This document shows positions 60,901 to 64,000 of a DNA stretch of 64,000 nucleotides, one piece after another. Source of the stretch: Octopus vulgaris (taxonomy: Eukaryota). Made by a program: the position numbers and the translations under genes. Location: assembly GCA_951406725.2 (NCBI GenBank), contig OX597830.1, positions 46,376,001 through 46,440,000 on the forward strand, in the 5' to 3' direction. The first letter of the stretch is position 1, and the number at the start of each line of letters is the position of its first letter. Under the pieces are notes generated by a model, which made no database searches, had not been told where the DNA came from, and was given only the letters and a program-made list of their open reading frames with translations.

Positions 60901-63271
60901 AATAAATATCCAAAATTCATTTCTTAATTGGTTCCCACAGCATTTTAATGGTGGATGATCCAATATCACAGTAAATAAAGAGAATGACAACACTTTGAAT
61001 GGGACATCCTGAGGAACAACCTAGATAGATAGATAGATCAAATGGAAGATAAATCAGGCCGAGCCAGATGACATGGTTAGGTGTTGATGGCTCATCTCAA
61101 TGGAGGAGGATGCTTTGAAAGCATAGTTGCTAGAATGAGAACTGGTTGGGCAAAGTTCAGAGAGCTATTACCTTTGTTGGTAACAAAGGGTCTCTCTCTC
61201 TCAAAGTGAAGAGCAGATTGTATGATGTGTGTGAATGGACAGCTATGCTACATGGCAGTGAGACATGGGCTGTGACTACAGAGAACATGGAAAGGCTTGA
61301 AAGAAATGAAGCCAGCACATTCTGTTGGATGCGCAATGTCCAGTGTTTTGAGAGACAAGTTGGGTATAAGAGGCATCAGATGCAGGGTGCAACAGACTGC
61401 ACTGGTTTGGTCATGTGATGCAGATGGATGAGGAGAGCTGCATAAAACAGTGCCAATCTCTAATTGTGGAGGGAACGATGATGTTGATACATACACCCAC
61501 CCACCTGCACACAAATTCAATAACATAAGAAAATTCTACTGAAAAAGGATAAGCAAAAATTTTATTCCTTACCCGAGCTTTCTGTGCCAGGAGAAGTTGG
61601 TTTTTGCAATGGTTTCTTTGGTAACCAGTAATAACACGTCTCAGTCGAGTATTTAGTTCTGAAATGGCTGGGAACGGAAGTTTACCTTCTGCAATATAAA
61701 ACATTGAAGACTTACATTAATAAAACTTCAACAATGTGAAGAGAAAATGAACAAAAAAAAAAAAAAGAAAGGAAGAATTAGAAAATAACTGATATTACTG
61801 AATATCGAAAGAGAAAGACTGTAATTCTAACTTTACCGAAATTAAAGATAAAGCCAGTGATAAGTTGTAATGAGAACAAATACACAGGGAATGAGTAAAA
61901 CAGTGTAGAATGGTAAATAAGGAACAGTGTGGAACTACTGCTGGAAAAGGTGAAAGAAAACTGGAGAATCAAGAGAGGAAATACCTTGAATATACAAAGA
62001 CATGAAAATAAAAAATTTAAACCCATCCCCCCATCAGACAGATGTAAGTTTTGATGTAATAACGGTCATGATGTCTTCCATCACAATTCTCATCTAATCT
62101 CCACTCATCAGTAAGGAATCGTTGAGAGTAGTAATTAATATCTGAAGCTTTAGCCAAGCCTCCAATCAGTTACTTGCATACACTCACACAAACTAACTTT
62201 TAAAATGCAGGCAAAGAGAGAGAAAGGCAGGTGTGAAGAATACATAACTTCAAGGAGGGGGGGAGGTGGCTTTTCTACACATACATACATATATATATAT
62301 ATATATAAAGATATAGACATACGTACATACATCTACTATACACCATTTTCAACTCGTGATTACCTGTGTGTACGTGTGTGCCATATCGTATAACTGTCTG
62401 TCTCTCTACTTTTATAGGGTCTTCCCTGTTGCTGTCACATATTGTGAGATTTTAAAATTATGTCAAAATTTTCAAATTTGGTACATTGAAATAATTTTCC
62501 ACATTAAATCTGATTTTGTTATTCATTTGTTCCAGGAAAATTGCAGAAAAATGTTACTGATGTTTAAAGTTTAATCAATTTTACCTAATCAGAAAACGGG
62601 ATTTAAAAGCCGGTGTTTTCTGCATGATAGCTGTCTATCACGAAATGAAAGCAAAATCATTAGGAGGAGGAATTTTTATTAAACAAATGAAAGCAAAGCA
62701 TTACAACAACAAAAGTTATAAGAACTTTTGAAGTTTTGATGAATGAAGTCATGCGAAACAGTTGAATAGACATGTAAATAATTTAAAAGGGGGGGAAAAA
62801 AAGAAATCCTCAACAAAATTTTTTTGTGAAAAATTGCACAAATCTTTCCTGATCAAGAAGCCTAACTGACATGGAATAAACAAAAGTTTATATAAGACAT
62901 TCTATTGTAAAAAGAATTGCCCAGAAATGACAGGCTATTCAGCTGGTTTTTAATAGAAACTTGTCTATTGGTCGCATATGACAGAAAAATTTAGAAGAGA
63001 CAGAGTTTTTAAACACTTTTTTGCTTTTCCTGAGAATATCTTAAACAATAAAATATTCCAAGGGAAATTCAAGAAAATCTGTCTAAACTTAAGAAACACA
63101 GAATGAACATTTACAATCCAAGAAACCTGGAAATGAAGATGGTATGCTTTTAAATTACCTTCAAAGTGGTGAGTAGGTTGTAATCGAGTATAATTAGTGG
63201 GTGTTGGGTCTATGTAGTCTTCATCATCATCTTTTTCACGACAAATCTGGACATCAATGTCATCTTCATTA
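19157..63271 (-). CDS. CHD7: CHD7/CHD8/CHD9 (kismet) subfamily chromodomain helicase, 3' portion; 16 exons, 5'-partial
   Basis: Hand-spliced exons with GT-AG ends and matching phases. Motifs typical of CHD6-9/kismet: [85 protein letters not shown], and two BRK domains. Confidence 0.95.
21089..21797. repeat. fold-back element with microsatellite core in the last CHD intron
   Basis: Arms GGCACTGTCATGCTTTTAGTTGTCAG / CTGACAACTAAAAGCATGACAGTGCC and GTCAGGTTTATACCTTCGTTAA / TTAACGAAGGTATAAACCTGAC. Confidence 0.85.
21935..22039 (-). CDS. CHD7: CHD7/kismet exon, BRK2 C-half ([35 protein letters not shown])
   Basis: ttgcag / gtgagt; 105 bp, phase 0-0; BRK consensus. Confidence 0.94.
23305..23475. 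repeat. 3 x ~55-bp tandem repeat containing ATTGG (CCAAT) and TGACGT
   Basis: TGATTGGTCAAAACATTGATGACGTCTCGTTCTGCTGGACTAGCCACCTAAC occurs three times; diverged copies extend to ~23625. Confidence 0.88.
23921..24324 (-). mobile_element. full-length SINE family A
   Basis: tRNA-like head GTGGCTGTGTGGTAAG..GGTTCAGTCCC, internal (TA/CA)n, conserved tail. Confidence 0.88.
24950..25350 (+). mobile_element. RTE-type LINE 3' relic
   Basis: [26 protein letters not shown] and W.GYT-type motifs. Confidence 0.7.
32920..33125 (-). mobile_element. Nin/Deu-core SINE
   Basis: GATGAAAGGCAAAGTTGACCTCGGCGG..GAACTCAGAA. Confidence 0.78.
33400..33800 (+). mobile_element. SINE family A
   Basis: Head TGGCTGTGTGGTA..GGTTCAGTCCCACTG; tail CCAGCATGGCC. 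Confidence 0.8.
37280..37498 (+). mobile_element. SINE family C 3' part
   Basis: AGCACCCACTACACTCTCGGAG..CCAGCATGGAAAGC..GATGAT. Confidence 0.8.
39858..40140 (-). mobile_element. tRNA-derived SINE family D
   Basis: GCTGAGTGGA.TGGAGCA..GTGTCTTGCTCAAGGACACA; partial relatives at 18420-18560 and 44135-44284. Confidence 0.7.
44682..44798 (-). CDS. CHD7: CHD7/kismet exon, BRK2 N-half ([39 protein letters not shown])
   Basis: tttcag / gtttga; matches LTGEERVPVVNxxNGKK. Confidence 0.92.
45325..45786 (+). mobile_element. SINE family C with internal ~60-bp minisatellite (4-5 units)
   Basis: Repeated GTGGCACGT..AAACATTCGAGCGAGGTCGCTGCCAGTGC..GGCTCCTGTGCAG units, then the family tail. Confidence 0.85.
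47302..47525. mobile_element. piggyBac-type MITE
   Basis: TTAA|CCCTTTCGTTAC ... GTAACGAAAGGG|TTCA, a perfect 12-bp TIR. Confidence 0.82.
47652..47794 (-). CDS. CHD7: CHD7/kismet exon, BRK domain 1 ([35 protein letters not shown])
   Basis: atttag / gtatgc; BRK consensus GxxAPxxxxLxxWLxxNPGY. Confidence 0.93.
47932..48335 (-). mobile_element. SINE family A
   Basis: Colinear with 23921-24324. Confidence 0.85.
49226..49276 (+). ncRNA. type I hammerhead ribozyme motif (Penelope-associated type)
   Basis: Stem I AGCTTC/GAAGCT, core CTGATGA, stem II TTC-TTTT-GAA (U-U at base), GAAA, stem III ACAG/CTGT, GUA cleavage triplet. Confidence 0.75.
49497..50035. mobile_element. mariner-derived palindromic MITE
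   Basis: TA|CGAGGGTGAGTCAAAAAGTAATGCC ... GGCATTACTTTTTGACTTACCCTCG|TA; internal [16 protein letters not shown] transposase C-terminus. Confidence 0.9.
50199..50319 (-). CDS. CHD7: CHD7/kismet exon ([40 protein letters not shown]), basic NLS-like
   Basis: ccatag / gtaaga; KKRGRKRK motif before BRK1; phase 0 to 1. Confidence 0.88.
51070..51295 (+). mobile_element. Nin/Deu-core SINE with Tx1-type tail
   Basis: Colinear with the 7551 and 8823 copies. Confidence 0.88.
52281..52414 (-). CDS. CHD7: CHD7/kismet exon ([16 protein letters not shown]...EPMNLASSL)
   Basis: tttcag / gtatgt; phase 1 to 0; Pro/Ser-rich. Confidence 0.75.
52555..52760 (+). mobile_element. Nin/Deu-core SINE, alternative tail
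   Basis: Head GGCAGAACCGTTAGCA, core TTTCATCCTTTCGGGG, tail TTGTGCCAAAATTTGAAA. Confidence 0.8.
52762..53033 (-). mobile_element. RTE-clade LINE fragment
   Basis: [11 protein letters not shown]..[14 protein letters not shown]..[13 protein letters not shown]. Confidence 0.82.
53230..53470 (+). mobile_element. SINE family C 3' part
   Basis: Family core and (GAT)n tail. Confidence 0.8.
53786..53858 (-). CDS. CHD7: CHD7/kismet exon ([24 protein letters not shown])
   Basis: ctgaag / gtaaga; the only candidate I found that gives the required phase 0 to 1; resembles the family GLKLTF motif. Confidence 0.72.
54285..54509 (-). CDS. CHD7: CHD7/kismet exon ([21 protein letters not shown]...)
   Basis: cttcag / gtaaat; matches the family motif DRVxINRLxxICxxVxxGKWP. 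Confidence 0.93.
54620..54709 (-). CDS. CHD7: CHD7/kismet exon ([30 protein letters not shown])
   Basis: tgctag / gtagga; ends in WPK, which joins DKVL in the next exon. Confidence 0.9.
55323..55368 (-). ncRNA. minimal hammerhead motif (left arm, sense to the CHD pre-mRNA)
   Basis: GACAC-CTGATGA-A-GGCTG(gagggtatat)CAGCC-GAAA-CATT-GTGTT. Confidence 0.62.
55586..55631 (+). ncRNA. minimal hammerhead motif (right arm)
   Basis: GACAC-CTGATGA-A-GGCTG(gagggtatat)CAGCC-GAAA-TGTT-GTGTT. Confidence 0.65.
56011..56798 (-). CDS. CHD7: CHD7/kismet large acidic low-complexity exon
   Basis: ttgcag / gtgagt; 788 bp open; poly-D/E/G tracts; phase 1 to 0. Confidence 0.9.
56874..57060 (+). mobile_element. 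SINE family C 3' part, young copy
   Basis: Near-identical to 13560-13745; (GAT)n tail. Confidence 0.85.
57187..57460 (-). mobile_element. RTE-type LINE 3' end relic
   Basis: [12 protein letters not shown]-like translation, then GGATTTAAAATGATGGATGAGGATGATG tail. Confidence 0.55.
57984..58102 (-). CDS. CHD7: CHD7/kismet exon ([18 protein letters not shown]...)
   Basis: caacag / gtgagt; completes the AAKHGVSRTD motif; phase 2 to 1. Confidence 0.92.
58950..59172 (-). CDS. CHD7: CHD7/kismet exon ([24 protein letters not shown]...[11 protein letters not shown])
   Basis: ttccag / gtaagt; conserved CHD6-9 block. Confidence 0.95.
60428..60630 (-). CDS. CHD7: CHD7/kismet exon, SANT-like domain ([17 protein letters not shown]...)
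   Basis: ctccag / gtgagt; strong similarity to CHD7-family [24 protein letters not shown]. Confidence 0.95.
60784..60857 (-). CDS. CHD7: CHD7/kismet exon ([25 protein letters not shown])
   Basis: ttacag / gtaaag; phase 0 to 2 bridges the neighbours; charged helix; this frame is absent from the ORF track. Confidence 0.88.
61140..61480 (+). mobile_element. RTE-clade LINE fragment
   Basis: [41 protein letters not shown]. Confidence 0.82.
61573..61688 (-). CDS. CHD7: CHD7/kismet exon ([39 protein letters not shown])
   Basis: ttgcag / gtaagg; conserved xRLRRxITxYQR motif. Confidence 0.92.
63159..63271 (-). CDS. CHD7: CHD7/kismet exon ([37 protein letters not shown])
   Basis: Acceptor ttttccag, donor gtaatt; phase-1 end matches the next exon; acidic linker. 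Confidence 0.75.
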
Positions 63272-64000
63272 CTGGAAAACAACGAAAAGTGTTTACTATA
63301 ATTAATTCTCCAAATTACAATTTTGAAATCTGTCAAGAACAATGTCTCAAAGGAAAGATACACCTTTTCAGTATTCCATAAAATCTAATTTCAATAAAAA
63401 CAAAGACATTCCACTTGTGAACATCCCATCTTAATTTAGCTGATATAACAGTCTATCAAATTGCATTGTTGCAAGGAAGACACATTGAGTCAGAGTAATT
63501 AGCTTTCCAGTTTACTGAAAGCATTAATGAATGAATTCTACAAGAAAATCAGTGTCTCGCACCACATTATTGAAAGAGTCAGCAAATTTCAGAAAATAAA
63601 TCTTAAATTTTCTTTCACTTTATTAAATATTACTTGGACTACTGAGTTTCTGAAGCTTACTTAATTCACCAAAAAAGCAAAGTGAATTTAGAATTCTTGA
63701 ATACTAAATGCTTGGTGAGCTCTCCTGCACCTTAATATGGATGGCAATCAGGCACCTTCTTTTGTTTAAATGCAATCCTCACCTGCACATATAAAGTGCA
63801 ATGTGATCAAACCATAAATAGTCATAAAAAAAATGAAAACTGTTAATGTTTCTTAATATTTCCAAGTGATCTGAGACTCATTCCTAGCAGCCAAGTGAAG
63901 AATTATCCATTGACGAAGAAGTGCCAGTAGTGGGATTGGACTTCTTTTGGAGCAACAACCACATCAAAAGCTCAACACCCCATCTTCTCACCTATTCCAC

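Overview
AT-rich, microsatellite- and SINE-dense animal DNA; the repeat families look like coleoid cephalopod (Octopus-type), which is an inference. The main feature is the 3' part of a minus-strand CHD7/8/9 (kismet) chromatin remodeller gene. I reconstructed 16 GT-AG exons with consistent phases from 63271 down to the stop at 19157, about 1450 codons. They encode the SANT-like region, an acidic linker, two BRK domains and a Ser/Asn/Thr repeat tail; the 5' part lies beyond the window. Downstream (1-14 kb) is a cluster of decayed retroelements. It holds an endonuclease-deleted Tx1/L1 LINE carrying a nested Merlin-type MITE (9-bp TSD) and a SINE (17-bp TSD), a HERO-type relic with a nested SINE, and an R4-type relic. 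The most notable unannotated signal is a set of hammerhead ribozyme motifs in the CHD introns, all predicted by eye and untested. One is a complete type I fold (49226-49276). A pair sits in a 400-bp palindrome made of two tRNA-head plus hammerhead-tail elements (55276-55678). Degenerate copies lie at 48620, 49050 and 42948. Also seen: a SINE and LINE sharing a 3' tail, several exon-proximal fold-backs (possible ADAR substrates), a CCAAT/CRE tandem array, and candidate alternative exons in the 22.6-kb intron that splits BRK2.
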